Assembly: GCA_016748015.1 (NCBI GenBank) | Contig: JAAOMT010000009.1 | Span: 1,613,924 to 1,677,923 of the forward strand | Source: Geosiphon pyriformis uo1 | Lineage: Eukaryota > Fungi > Glomeromycota | Direction: 5' to 3' | Length of the DNA stretch: 64,000 nt | Shown: positions 21,807-36,489 of the stretch, one piece after another | Numbering within the stretch: position 1 is the stretch's first letter | How the letters are laid out: each line of letters opens with the position of its first letter | Made by a program: the position numbers and the translations under genes | The notes under the pieces: model-generated | Database searches by the model: none | What the model was told of the DNA's origin: nothing | What the model saw: only the letters and a program-made list of their open reading frames with translations

Positions 21807-24800
21807 ATGGCCACAGTTTTGTTATTGTTAATCAAGATATTATTGGTTAAAAAAAATTCACTGGCAATATTTAATATATACTAAGTGGCAGCTTGATTAT
21901 TCTTAATTCAAATAGTATTATCAACAAAAGCATCAGCCACAAAAAATGAAATCATTTCTCTTAGCTCTCTACTTTTTCTGTTTTAGTTACAAAATCTGGT
22001 ATTAATTCAGTATTTACACAGATGTTTTTATTTTTTAACTTTACACAAAAGAGGGTCATAAAAAATTCTTTAAAGAAAAAAAAGAACATCTTACTTTAAT
22101 TGATTTTATTATTATTACAGGTGATTATTTGAGGTCTCAAATTAAATAACAAACCCATAATTTGGTGCTAATAGCTAATACAATTATTAAGATTTAAAGA
22201 TTTTGGGTTGGAGTTTTTTATATAATAAACAGAAATTTAATGGTGTGCAATTTTTTTGTAATGAGTTTCCCAATTTTTTTCTTTAGCTTGGTGGCTAGTT
22301 TATTCTGGCAGTCATGCCCTTCTGGTAAGCTATCTAATTCTCATTCTGTACTCTTTTATTCGGGTCTTTTACCAGACTATCTGTAATATTAATAACTTAG
22401 TGTTTAATTTTTCAATCAATTAGTAAACAACAAAAGAAATAAAATATAAAAAAAATTAAAGAAATAAAATGTAAGCCAAAGTGATAAAGTTAGTATCCTG
22501 TCAATAGCTGTAATTAAAAGCTATTGTTTTAGCATGATCAAATATTCAATACTATCAATATGGAGTGTTAATAGTGAGAAAAGTGATTAAATAATAAATA
22601 ATTATTTATTAATATTGATAATTCTAATAGAGATGTGATAATAGGGAGATCTTTGTAATTATTCTGTCTTTTCTGCTTCTAATGCTTTTGTTATATATAC
22701 ATAATTTAAATTCTACAAGATTACTCATATTTCCAAGTAATATGCTATAATTTCTTGAGCAATGTGCCCTAATTTTCTAATATTGCTCCATATTGCTGAG
22801 CAATATGCCATAATTTCTGATATTGCTTCATATTATTAAGCAATGTGCTCACATACTAACTACTACTCTCTTATTAGTCTATCTGTTTTCCAATTTATTT
22901 TCTCTTATACATTTTTTTTAATAAGTAACATTATGTATCCTATAACTATTCATAAGGCCAAAATTTATTATAGTTCTATTTAATCTATCTTTATAAATAC
23001 TACCAAAAAAACCAATAAATCTTTTACACATCTTAATTTATCACAAACTTGCTCTTAAATAATGTCAACCAACTGAGTCATACATCTTATACATGTCTTG
23101 TAAAACCAATTAAATCTCTCTATTTTTTTTCAAGATATTTTTAATTACCAATTCAATAGCAAAAATAAGAAATTATGTCAAAATGCTTCTCAAAACTAAA
23201 AAGTTGTCTTTATAAAGAACATTAAATTTACTACAAGTGAAAGAGATCTGATCCAAAAGAATTTTGAAAAAAATTTTCTGAGCAGTTTTAATCAATGCAA
23301 TAAGACATATATTTGTTCGAATTTTATCTTATTCATAAGACTTAAATATTATTAAAACTTATACTTTCTTCTACAGAATTGGAATAGTATCCAAAGTTGA
23401 ACACAAATTCAAAAGACTCAAAAGACACTTGAGAACATTATTACCACAATGTTTCTACAATTTATTAGAGATGTCACTCAAACCAGCAGTCTTTCTATTT
23501 AATGGATTTTTAATTACTTAAATCAATTTCTCAAAATTAATAATGTTCATAATATTTAAAAAGCATTATTTTTTACATGACATAAAAAAGCATACTAACA
23601 AGCCCAAAGCTCAGACAGAACTTCAAAAATTATTTGCTTTCTGGTCCAACTCTTTATAACTGCATCAACCTTAGATTTAACATTAGTAGATTCTAACACC
23701 ATCTTATTATTAACTATTAAATAGTTCAGCACAATCTTACAAAATGGTTTATCTAGAATACTTCTAATAATGGTGCCTTTATTTAAGCAAAAATTTTTCA
23801 TTTTTTTATTGATAACATGTCTTATAACAGTAGTTTTAGTAGTTTTGATTTATGTATTTTGAATTTGTGGTAATCTTTTTTAAACTTAAAAAAACAACCA
23901 AAAATATTCATAAATTTGGCATTTTTTTGAATTATGTTTAATACTTTAAGAGTTTTATTTTTATCAACAACCAATCAAGCATGAAGAAAAAAGTCAGTTT
24001 AAGACATATTATTAAACTTAAAAAATTTTACAACTTTGACAACCAGCAATTTTAATTTGAAAAACTTAGATAACTGTTTGTTAAAAACAACTTTGGTTTC
24101 ACTATACCAATATTTAGAAAATATTTTCTTAGCTAAATTTGCTATCATCTCTCTTAGCAAATTCTACATAACATTCAAATTTTTGTTAATTTCTGTCTTC
24201 AAAAATCTATTTATTATTGCTAAAAATTTGGCAGAAGAATACTCTTTAAAATAAATCTATTTGGTATTATCTATATTAATGATTTTAAATTTCCAACAAT
24301 TTTTGTTATCTTGTTTGCATATGCAGTTTAAATAAGTATTCAAAAAATCTTTTAAACTAATTAAAACTATAATAGTCTTGTAATCTGTATTAAAGAAGTC
24401 AAAAACAGGATCAATACTATGGTTAGCAATTACAAAAGATAAACTATTATTAATAAAAATATAATCTATGAATTTTTTAATCTTTTTTGTATTGCTTTAA
24501 GTAGAAGTCTTAACCAACAAATATCTGTCAAACAAGTTAACCAAACTTAAGTTTAAATAAAATCTGAATCTTGCACTTTTCTTAAACTTATCTTCATTAA
24601 AGTTTTTACTCAAGATAACAAAAAAAGATTCATTTATGGTCTTAACAATTAATGAGTTAATCTTATTAGCCTAAACCAACTAAGTTACCAGTACAGCACT
24701 AGCATATAATTCCAAAATCAAAATAGAAAGCTTATTTTTAAAAAACAATTTAACAAACAAAAGCTGGCCAGCCATCTTAGAAACTTTGTATATATGCTTT

Positions 24801-25220
24801 GCCAAAGCAACATTCATAATAATCACAACATTAATATTCAAGTAACTAGAGTTTAAACCAAAAGTAAACACATAAACATTATTAAATTTATTAGCAATTC
24901 ATAAACAAACTCAATTTTGTTTTAATCATAATAGAAATTAAATTTTTCATATCTTTGTGCCAATAAATAATATCTTTTTGCTTGGCAGAGTTGTTTATAT
25001 CTTTAAAATTGCATATAGCTATTTTTTAAATAAGATTGGTTATTGGAAAAAATGAGCATCAAAACTCAAACCAGTATTGTTTACTTTGGCTATTAGATCC
25101 ATGATTATGTTCAACAAATTGTTCATATTTTTTTCCAATTTTAAAACAATTAAGCTCTAAAACCACTGCTTTTGCAATAGTTTTACCACTAATGATCATA
25201 CTTAAATTTTTACTTATTAC
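21807..25220 (-). mobile_element. LINE copy a (end of ORF1, APE endonuclease, N-terminal RT), target of B and of a solo LTR
   Basis: 21807-21950 aligns with 29120-29270 of LINE b. RIFYDPLLCKVK at about 22040-22070. EN fragment 24680-24871. Confidence 0.85.
22113..22930 (-). repeat. Solo LTR related to family A (818 bp)
   Basis: T(A)TTACAGG...GTAACA termini, perfect TTAT/TTAT TSD. U5/R blocks are shared with A and C, but the U3 repeats differ. Confidence 0.9.
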
Positions 25221-26745
25221 CTATAATTTTTATAATATTATATTTTGTTTATTATAATTTTTATATTATATAAAGATAAATTTTTTATTTAATTTGTGTT
25301 GTTTTTAAGTTTTATTTATAATTTTTTGATTTTATAAATATTATTAAAATATTTAAAAATTAATAGCTTAAAATTAATTTAATGTTTTAATTAAACCAAT
25401 TAAATATTTTTAAAAACTAAATAATTAAAATAAATAATTAATAAATTAACCTATTTTTTTGCTAAATCGACTTATCTACAATATATAATATTAATATATA
25501 TTAAATTTTAATATTTATTTATTAGTAATTCTAATAAAAAATAACTTTTTTTTTATAAAATTAAATATAAATTATATATTTAATTTTTTATTATGTTTTA
25601 AGTAATTTATAGTGTTTTATAATTAAAAAACACTTGGCTGTAAACAGATTTAAATATTATGGTCTTGTTTTTTACAAATTTTATATATATATACTTGAAT
25701 TTAAGAAAAAAATTTTTTAATAATTTTAAATTAAGATAAATTTTATTAAATAATTAATTTTTGATAAACAATATTTTGTTGAAAGCAATTTAAAATACCT
25801 AAAAAACATTCTTAAGTTAATTAATTAAAAAGATTTTTAATTACAAAAAATATGATTAAAATCTGAATTAATTGAATTTATTTTTTGAAAATGTGTTTGT
25901 TTATTACAAATAGTCTTTAAAATTACATATTGTTTAAGATTTTTTTGTTATAATATTGTTAAAATTGTTTTTGGTGTAATATTTACATTTAATATTTGTA
26001 AAACTAATACTTTTTGTTTAAATCTAAATTATTGAATAACAGAATATTTAACAATATTATTAGATAATTTATAATTATATTTAATATTGCAAATTATTAA
26101 ATATCAATATTTATTAGCTTTAAGTAATTATTTATATATAATAAAAAAACAGTTGTTAATTAAATTACTGTTTTTTATTGTTAATTTTTTAATACAAGTC
26201 TTTTAGAAACATTATATTTATTTTTTTAATTACATTTAAAAATAATACAAGTATTATTAATAACAAAGCATTGTTTTGTAATTACATATTTTTAAAAATA
26301 TATAAAGATATTAAAACTTTGTATTATTATTTTATAAGAGTTAAATAATATTTCTGAAGATAATAATATTATATAAATATAATTTATAATCTTATAAAAA
26401 GATGTAATTACTTATAAAATTAAAAAAAAAACTTATTAAATTTATTCTAAAACTCTTTAATTATAAATTTATTAATATGTTTTATATATAATTAAATATA
26501 AAACTATAATATAAATAATATTACATGTTATAAATAAGTTAATTTAACAAAAAAAGTGAATTGATTTAACAATTTTTTTAAAATATAAGTGTTAATTTAT
26601 TATTTATTTTTATAAAAAACTTATTAAAAAAATTATATAACAAAATTTTTTTAAGCTAAAATTACTTTTTATATACACAATTAAATTATTGTAAATTTAT
26701 TAAAAATATTTATTTTATATAATATATTTAATTATATATAATTTT
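25220..26745. mobile_element. Probable eroded long-TIR DNA transposon relic
   Basis: 25436-25489 is an inverted copy of 26521-26574, mostly differing by transitions. Weaker symmetry extends outward. Confidence 0.4.
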
Positions 26746-29700
26746 TTTTTATTGTTTAATAAGTAAGGCTTAAATACTATCTAGTATAATACATCAAATA
26801 ATTAATCTAAACTAGATGTGAATTATGCTCTTTTTATACATGACCAGCCATTCGAGCCAATTAGAACAATACTAAGCATCTATACAAACCAAAATCATAT
26901 TTTCAATGCCTAAAAAAAATGAACATGACTTATAGAAACCAAAACAAACACCAAATACTTTAGCAATACCAAACAACCTAACCATACTAGCAGAAAACTC
27001 CAAAGACAACTCAAAGACTGAGATAAAAGCTAAGCCATTAAGTAGAATCAGCTCATTTTTTTCCATATAAACACAATGCTTTGTGCAGATCAATCAAACT
27101 TCATTTCTAAAAGTAAAACAGAAAGCATGAACAAAATTTAAAATCTTTAAACTTGCAACTTTGGAATTATGAAAGACTGAAATAGTCTTTTGAAGCCAAC
27201 TATTAAAGAAAAACTTTTACACACAGCAATATTAGAAGCACAAGATGAAAATAGCTAAGATATACAAGAAGAAGAATAAAAAAAACCAGAAAGTAATCTT
27301 TAAGCATCTGTATAGACATCCAACAAATAGTAATGAATAGATATATTGGCTTTACAAGAAAAAATATGATTTAAGACTTTAACATTATCATAATATAAAC
27401 AAATTACACTAGAGTAGTATTTGTTATATAGATGCTTCTGAACAGCAACTGGCAGCCAATAGTAAAGAGCTTTCATAAAATAAGTGTGAGCATAAGCAGT
27501 AGGTCTATTAATAAAACTAGCAGCCATGTACAAGTTAGGATGTTACACCAAAAAAAAGCTAAGCCAATTAATATTCAAAAGCAAACTACTTATTAGAACT
27601 TTAAAACCAGAACCAACTTCTCAATATACATAATAAACAGACCAAAATATATTATAAACAAAATATCTAGAGTTACCAAAAACAACACTACCACTAACCA
27701 TAATATAATAATTCTTCAAACAGAAGGGAAAATACTAATTAAAGAAAGAAGCAGTGTTGACAAGTACATTAGCATGCTTATTGCCCATAATACCCAAGTG
27801 ACTTTTTATTTTGTGCCAGCTAATCTTCAAATCTTTACTACAAACAATGTTTACAATGTGCTAACATTCTACCCAATACTAATTATGAAAATCCAAATAC
27901 ACCAAACTTAATTCTAATCTGCACACATTCAAAGCAGTCTAACTGTTAATAAACAAATGAATTATACTAAAAAAAAACACACATTTAAGAGCCAACACAA
28001 TAACCTACAACTCCACCAAAGTAGAGAACATCAAACCAGAAACTTCAACACCAAATCCAAATTTATGTTACCAAAAAAAACTACAGCACCAGCTTTTTTG
28101 TTAACTGTTTCTAAGTTCTTTAGAGATCTATTCATATAGACAGACAGATTATCAGCATTAATACAAGACAATTAAATATGAATTAGCTCAAACTTATCAA
28201 ACTCAAGAATATTAGAAGATCTAACAATACCCAAAAAAGAAAAGCATATGGGAGAAAAAGTTACATCATTGAGAAATGTAACAAAAAGTCTAAATCACTT
28301 AGGAATAGGGCCATAAAAGTCCAATTTTTTCTACTGTTTGAAGATATTCTAATTAAAAACAGCACCAAAATAATTACAAAGCTGATCCATAAAAGCAATA
28401 CCATACTGCCAAAGTAAAAAGAGAAGTCTAGAAAATCTGAACTTACCAAGAACCATTAACATGGACATTTCATTCTAAAGATAAAAAGAATTGTTCATAG
28501 AGCCATATAAAGACAAATTACACTTAAGAAAAATATGGATTATGTTTGCCAAAAAATTATTAGAAGAACTAATCTTAATATAAACTGGAAAACTCAAAGA
28601 ATGAAGTAGATGCCAACACAAAACTTGTAGATCATAAGACCTATGAGAGAACAAATAATCCAAAATTCTATCAAAATTTGCAAAATTTACAAAAAATGCC
28701 AAATTTTCCTTAGACTGAACCTGTTCAAAAGTTTTCAAACCATACAAAAAAAGATGATAAATTGCATTATTAAGGAAATTAAGAAACAGACCAGATTTCA
28801 GCTTCAAGTCTTTATGAATTAAAGCATCCCATTTATTATATACACTAATAAAAACAAAGCTAAATTGTATTTTGTAGCTAATAATAGAATAGAAAACTGC
28901 CAACACCAAGTACAAGAATTGCTTATTAGAAATGATCTTTCTCAGAACAAGATTGGCAAAAAACTGGACATCAGAGTGAACTTTGACTAAGCTAGACTTT
29001 AAAAAATTCTTAATAAATAAAAAAATACCCAGATAGTAATAAAACTCCTTTTTTTTGGCAATAAAAATAGACAAACCATTGATTGACAAAGAAAGGCTTA
29101 CAATTCTGCAATTGATAGGTATGGCCACTGTTTTGTCATTATTAATAGAAATGTTATTAATCTGAAAAAATTCACTGGCAACATTAAAAATGTATTAAAT
29201 AGTATTTTGACTGTTATTAACCCAAATTGTATTGTCAACAAAAGCACCAGCAGCAAAAAAAGAAGACAGTCCAGCCCAAGATTTTGCACAACCATTCTTA
29301 AAAACAAAATAAGAATTCAATCTATATCTGTACACACTCTCTTGTCTTTTAACCTTATACAGAAGAAAGTTATAAAATATGTACCAAAGAAGAGATGAAA
29401 AAATCTTCTCTTAATCTAAACTATTATGTACACAATATCTACTTGTTAATCTGAAATTAATTATAACTTTGTTGATGCAATTATTGTAAATACTACCAAA
29501 GAATTGAATAAACTTGCTACACATTTTTACTCTAATTAAGCTTTTCCTAAGATGCTTCTAACTAACAAAATTGTATGGTTTTTGTATGTTTTACAAAACC
29601 AGCCAGAGTTCACAATTTTTCTCTAAAGCATTCTTAATCATTAAACTAATAGCAAAAATAGGAGACTGTGTTATTATACTTTTTAGAACAGAAATATTAT

Positions 29701-32700
29701 CCTCATAAAAAACATCAAAAGTGCTGCATACTAACGAGATCTTATTAGAGAGAATCTTGGAAAGGACTTTGCAAGCTGTTTTAATTAAAGCAATAGGACA
29801 AGTATTTATAAGAACAAGTATTTATAAAGACACCCTTCCATTCATATGGTTTAGAAATTATTGAGACCCAGAATTTAAAAATATTAAAAACATATCTAAA
29901 ACTAAATTGTTACAATGTTTCTAAAGCTTATTTGAAATACCAAAAAAACCAGCAGTTTTGCCATTGAGCAAATTGGAAACTATACTAAACAATTCATCAA
30001 AACTAACTGAACATATTACATTTGAGAAAACATCATCAAAAACATACTTTAATAACTAATATTAACAAAACCAGTCATCAGAAACATTAACAACCACTTT
30101 ATGTTTCCTAGTTCAGTTTTCTATAATTACATTCATTTTGGCCTTGACCAGATCAAATTCCAGAATCAATTTATTATTAGCAATTAGATGATTCAGCACT
30201 ACTTTGCAAAAAAAATGTTCTAATACATTCCAAATAATATGACTCTTGTCTATTACAAAACTTTTCATCCTTTTATTAATAGCAAATCTAATTTTTGCCT
30301 TCTTGGTCCTTAGAGAATCAACAAGTTTACTAACACAATATAACTTTCTTACTCTAAAAAGAAAAGTATGCACACAATCAAAACTAACACCAGAATTCAA
30401 TAGAGTTTAAATAATTAAAGCTTTATTTTTATCTAAAGAAGACCAGTGACCTATTAAAGAAGCAAATTCACTACCAATATCTGTATGCAAAAACCTAACA
30501 ATTTTTAATACTAAAATCTCCAGTCTGTAAAACTTAAAAGACTCCTTAGTGAAAACACCATCAAAGTTTTTGAACCACTTTTTCTTAAATATCTTATTAG
30601 TTAAAAGAACCAATATCTTTTGAACAATATCCCACATAGCATCCAAATTGAGAATTTCTTGAATGCAACAAATTTATTAAAAAATAGCAATACATTAGTA
30701 ACTGTAGCCACCTTAAACATGTCTCATCTTGAATTATTAATACCCTTAATATTAAACTTCCAATATTTCTGATTTGTTTGCTTGCATAGAAAGTTTAGTT
30801 GTATATTCAATAAGCCACCCAAACTTACAGAAACAGAAACAGTCTGATGATTAGTGTTGAAAAAATTTCCAACATCCAAAACTTGACAATCCATTACTAT
30901 ATTGATCAAATTTGAAAAAACAAATATGTAGTCAATTGTTTTTATAACACTTTTAGAATTCTTCTATGTTAATACACTTGTTACCAAGCTCTCAACCAAA
31001 GAATTGACCAATTCCAAATTGAAGCATCTTTTTAAAACTTGTGTACTTATGAGAATTATCTTTATTAAAATCACCACCCAAAATAACAAAGAAAGATTTA
31101 TTTACAGCCTTAGCAATTAAAGAGTTAATTTCACCAGTTTAAAAAAAACAAACTTCCAGAGATGTTCTAACATAAAGTTTCAAAATTGAAACAGAAAATT
31201 TATTTTTAAAAAGTAATTTGATAGAGATAAGCTGGCTAAATACTTCAAAAACTTTATATATATGTCTTGTCAGAGATTTATTCATGATTATTACAACACC
31301 TGAACCCAAATAACCAGAGTTCAAATCAGAACTAAATACATGAATGCTATCAAATTTGTTTATAATTTATGGCTAAGCTTTTTTTTTTAGTTTTATTTCT
31401 GTGAAAATTAAAATCAAATTGTTTATATTTCTGTGTTAATGAATAATATTATCTTGTTTTGCAGAATTATTTATATTCTGAACATTGCATGTAGCAATTT
31501 TCTAGATTAGACTGTTTATTAAAGAAAAAATTTGAGAAGTCTACTACCAGCCAAAACCAAACCATCAAAATGTATTGACAGATTCAGCACCAAAGCAAAG
31601 AGCTTTTTCAACATGTCTTCTAGTTTAACAACTTCTGAAGAAGCAGATGAACCCAAAATTATAGTAGTCTTGTTACAAGTAATCTTACTTAAGCCTTCTC
31701 CTATTACTACATTTCCCATTTGATCTTGTAATAGGAGAATTATCAGCAGTTAATATCCAGGATTAGGTTGAAAAACTACTAGCATAAATAAGTTCAGCCT
31801 TTTAGCCAACTTACCTATTTGTTCTGTAAGGCTGACAAGACCACATTCCAAAGCTGCAAACTTATTATCAATGTTTTTTGTAACCAAAGGAGTAAGCTTC
31901 ATCTTTAAAGAGGAGCCAGAATTCAACAAACTATTATGTACAAAGAAAAAGAGAAAAGAAAACTCACCAACAACCTTTGTCCAAGAAACATCACCAAAAA
32001 AAACAAAGCAGCTGATTAGTGCCAAATGTTTGGCATAAATAAAGACCAGCCTGCTTTTATCTTTATTTGACAATATTTTATGAAAAGAGCCACTAGAAAA
32101 ATCTTCTCATTAACTAAACAATCCAATAGCATATAATCTGACTTTTTATACTTAGTACATTTAGCAGAATTCAGACAAAACCAGCACAAATTGACATCTC
32201 TCAAAACTGGCATAGTTTTCATAATAGCATTCAATAATTTAGCTAAATCAAAACAAATAACAGCACACTTGGCCCAGACATATATGACTGAATGATAATT
32301 AATAACACATGTTTTTTTACTTACAGATCCAATGAAATCTTATATGTTATAAGCATTTGTTTTCATTAGTAAAGTATAAAACAGTGTCTTATAATAATCT
32401 TTTGTATCTCATGTTTCTTTGTCCAAATCTGATCTAACAACATGTACAGCATTTTTCTCAATTAAGATAGACTACTTGATTATGATCAAATCAGCCTGAT
32501 CTAATTAGTCAAATTCCACTACAGTTTTTTGTTACAGCCCTATTAATTGTATTTTAATTGACCTAATTACTCCAAATTCAGATAATGCAGTATGTACTGT
32601 CTTAGCCAATATTCCAATTGGAATTTTTTTAAGCACCACAGTCTAATCTAAATGTCTAATAGATTTCTTAAGATTAGTGTTTACAAAAATATTCACAGCT

Positions 32701-33460
32701 CTTGCCTTTTCCATAGTCTGTGCTAAACTCGATTCAGATATAAAAGAGGCATAGACAATCTCAGCAAATTTTAAGAAAATAAAAGTTTTCCCAAAACCAT
32801 TAACTTTTGAAAACAATTTTCTAACCACTCTAAGCTTTTCTTAAGATGACTTTCCAGTAATTTTGTCTAGACTAATATTCAAAGCAAAAAATTTTCTGAC
32901 AGACACATTAACCAGATTTTTCAAAGATGGGAGAAAAACCAATAAAACATCCAAAAGAACATCATTCTTATTATTACTATTCAAGAAGTTAATCTTTTCT
33001 AAAAGCATACTCAAAGCTTTTTTGGTTACCAATTTTAGTCTTTTTGGCATTTGGCTAAAATTTTCTCTTTTAAACAAATTATTCTTACCATAATTTATAC
33101 TGGTTTTTTTTACCAAAAACTTTTCTTTCATGTTAACACTATTAGAATCAGTTGTATTACCAGTCTCAAAGTCCTAAAAACCTTCAATAACCTTTTCTGT
33201 AAAAACCACTTTACTAGTAGCACTCTTTTTCAAAACATTTTTTTTCTTTTTTTTCTAGAAATCACATTTTTGTTATTAGCACCAGAACCAATAATCTTGA
33301 CAAATTTTCTTATTACAGCAATACTACAGTTAACAGTGGTCTTGTAATCAAGCAAAAATGGTTTGAATTTATTAAATAAAATGGTAAAAAACTTTTTTTT
33401 TAAAAAACTATTTGACTTTTTTTTGGAAATTTTGGATGAAGAAAAAAAAAAAATTTTTTT
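26742..33460 (-). mobile_element. LINE copy b, near full length (ORF1 with CCHC and coiled coil; ORF2 APE-RT-RNase H-Zn finger), degenerate
   Basis: ORF1 about 33370-31516. ORF2 about 31519-26872, with IATCNV (EN), AFVD(D)TIW (RT, about 29230), RNase H at about 27750-28150 and C..Y...NHIFSC at about 27380. A-tail at 26742-26750. Confidence 0.9.
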
Positions 33461-33479
33461 TTTTATATAATTAAAATAA

Positions 33480-34080
33480 TAAAAAACAAAAATTTTATAA
33501 AAATCTTTTTTTTTGTATATTCAAAATTTTTCATAGAGAAAGTTTTTTGAAAAAAGTTTTTTTTTCTGTTTTTTTTATATTTTAATATTTAGTTTAATTA
33601 TTTTCAATTTTTTTTTTGACAATATTATTGCTAATAATATTAGCAGTTTTGATATAAAAAAAATTTGATACTAATTTAGCTATAACAAAGCTAATAGTTT
33701 AAAAAAATTGGTTATTAGTATAAGTAAAGACTTGAATATTAACAATATAATAGAAATAAATAATATAAACATAAAACAAAAATACTTGATTAAAAAAACC
33801 AGCTTTTTTATTAATAATAAAGATAATTTAAGTTTTAAAAACATTGACATAACATTTAAAAAACCCAAAAAAATGTTAATAAAATAAATTTTTGAAAAGT
33901 CTTTTGGCAAAATTAATTTTAATAATAATAATAATAAATAATAATAACAATAATAATAATGTTTTAGGTGGCTTTTTTTCTTTTTTTTTCTTTTTTTATT
34001 AAAGCTTTTAATTAATATTTTAATTTACAAATCTTTTAATTTGTATATAAATTTCTTGATAGTATTACAAAAAATTTTTA
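33480..34080 (+). mobile_element. LINE ORF1 5' fragment (copy d), head-to-head with LINE b, AT-eroded
   Basis: NIKQKYLIKKTSF...KSFGKINF parallels MKEKFLVKKTSI...LLEKINF of LINE b. Confidence 0.55.
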
Positions 34081-34370
34081 CAGTTTTTAATACAAAAATT
34101 ACAATACATATTATGAAAATTATTATTAAAATTATGTAAAAAAAACTTATATTATCATGTTTAATTAACAAAATTAGTTAATAAATAAAAAATAAAAGAT
34201 TAATAATTAGCTTAATAATAACAAAAAAATATAACACAATTCAGTTGTTTCACTAAATTAAATACAAAAAAATCTTGCCAAATTAAAAAACATTAATAAA
34301 AATTAAAAATTGATACATATAATCTAATCTAATAATAACAGATTTTATTATGATTTAAAATTTTTACAAG

Positions 34371-36480
34371 TTTTTATTTTTTATTTTTTTTATTAACAGT
34401 TTAATGAGTGCAGTCCAATTGCTATCTAGTATACAGAATCAAAACTATGAATCCCAACTAGATGCAATTCACGCATTTACTACATATGACTAATCACTCA
34501 GACTAATCAAAGTAACACTACACACTTATAAGAACAGTAGCCAAATCATTCGAACCAGAAAAAAACAAATAAGGCTTATAAAAACCAAAACTGACCCCAA
34601 AAGAATTATCAGTACCAATCAACCTAACCGTACTGTCTAATAAACCCTGTGCTGAGCCACAAGATGTCACAGACAATACACCTAAGTTACTGACCAAATT
34701 ATTTTTCTTCATATCAACTCTAAACTGGAATCTAAACCCCTACAACTCAGAACAATGCTGTATTTCTATGTCCTGTACAAAATCAATAAGAATTCGGACA
34801 GCCTCTTTGCAATTCTCAAATATCTGCACAGTTTCCTCAAACCATTCTATAAGTACAAAGCCTTTGCAAAGAAGAGCATATAAGCCAATATTATACACAC
34901 ATAAGAGAAGAGATTTTATGACCACTAAAGGCACTGGGAGATGAAAGCCAGCCAAAGACCTCCAAACTGCTACTCATTCGAACAAAATCTTATTATGGGA
35001 GACAGCTTCCTTGCTACAAGTGAACACATGATCTGAGAATTTGACTTCACCACAATACAAGCACAAAATGCCAGGATATTTCTTGTTATAAAGCCTCTTC
35101 CTAACTGCAATGGGCAATCTGCTGTACACAGTTTTCATAAAGTAGGAACACAAACTAGCTAAAGCTCTACTTATCAATCCAGATAGCATGCCCAGATCCA
35201 GATGCCAAATGGCCACAGTCCTAATCCAATCAATATTATGTACTAAAAAATCACACAGAATCTTAGAACTGGGACCAATTTTCTAATGTGCACAATTTAC
35301 AGATCTAAAAACATTACAGACAAAGTGTCAAATATTATCAGATATCAGCATGCTATTGGCCATCATAAAACATTTACATACATTAGTTGGCAGCAGCAAG
35401 GAGGAGTGGGCAGAAATGCCTGCTAACACATCTACACAATTGTTACTCACCATACTAGAGTGACCTTTGACCTTCAACCAAACCACAGAAATGTTCTTTT
35501 GACTAACCAAATTTGCAATGTGTCTCTTTTCCATTCAGCAGCAATTACAAAAATCAGGAACACCTATTTTCAATTCTGAAACACATGCATCTAAGGTGGC
35601 TTAACTGTTCAAACATACCTCTACTGAATAAGAAGAAGGAACACACTCTAGTGTTAAAGCAACAGCCTGTAATTCGGCCATTGTTAAAGATAAAAGACCC
35701 ATTACCTTAACCTCTATGCCCAATCTGATTTCAGGAAAGAATGTTGCAGCACCTCCAGCCACATCAATAGAACCAAGCTCTTTCAAAGATCCATCCATAA
35801 AGACAGATATAGAACTTGACCAGACTTTTAGCAGTCTATTCTTAACATTAGAAAATTAACTTGAGATCAAAACATTGTTGACATCCACCATAAGATCATT
35901 ACTAAAAGATGCTGACAAAGGAATCACATTATATAAGAATCTTGAAACCAAGACAAAACAAGAAGGCACAGATCCCTTGGGATCTAGTCTTTTCCAATGC
36001 CAGAATGTTTGCCAGTCCAAGATTCTACTATGTTTATCCAAAAGTCTGTTACAGAAAGTCACACTGAATCTCTTTAATGAAACAACCTGATTATAATACA
36101 AAGAAGACCCTAAGACACCAAATACTGGAATCTGCCAGAATTAAGAAAAGCACTAGGCAAATTGTTCACCAACAAAATGTTATTGTTTAGAAAGATATGC
36201 ATTATCCCCACCTGAAAATTGTTGAATGAGCTAACCTATAATCTCATCAGATACTGTAAAGGATTCAGAGAGGCCCAGCCCAGAACTTGCAAATCCAGAA
36301 ACTGGTGTTCAAAAAGCTGACCAACAACTCCAGAAGTATTAGAAAAATTGATAACAGAAGTAGACTTTATCTTAGCTTAAATCTGCTCAAATGTCTTTAG
36401 ATCATATAATGAGGGATAATACAGCACCTTATTTGGAAAATCTTAGAACAAACCAGTCTTTGACTTGAAATCCTTCCTGA
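34371..36480 (-). mobile_element. LINE copy c, 5'-truncated (post-RT region, RNase H, Zn finger, 3' UTR, A-rich tail)
   Basis: MDGSL...GAATFF...AELQAVALTLE, KVKGHS..VSN..VD (RNase H), CLYCGEVKFSDHVFTC. Confidence 0.9.
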
Positions 36481-36489
36481 GTTTTTATT

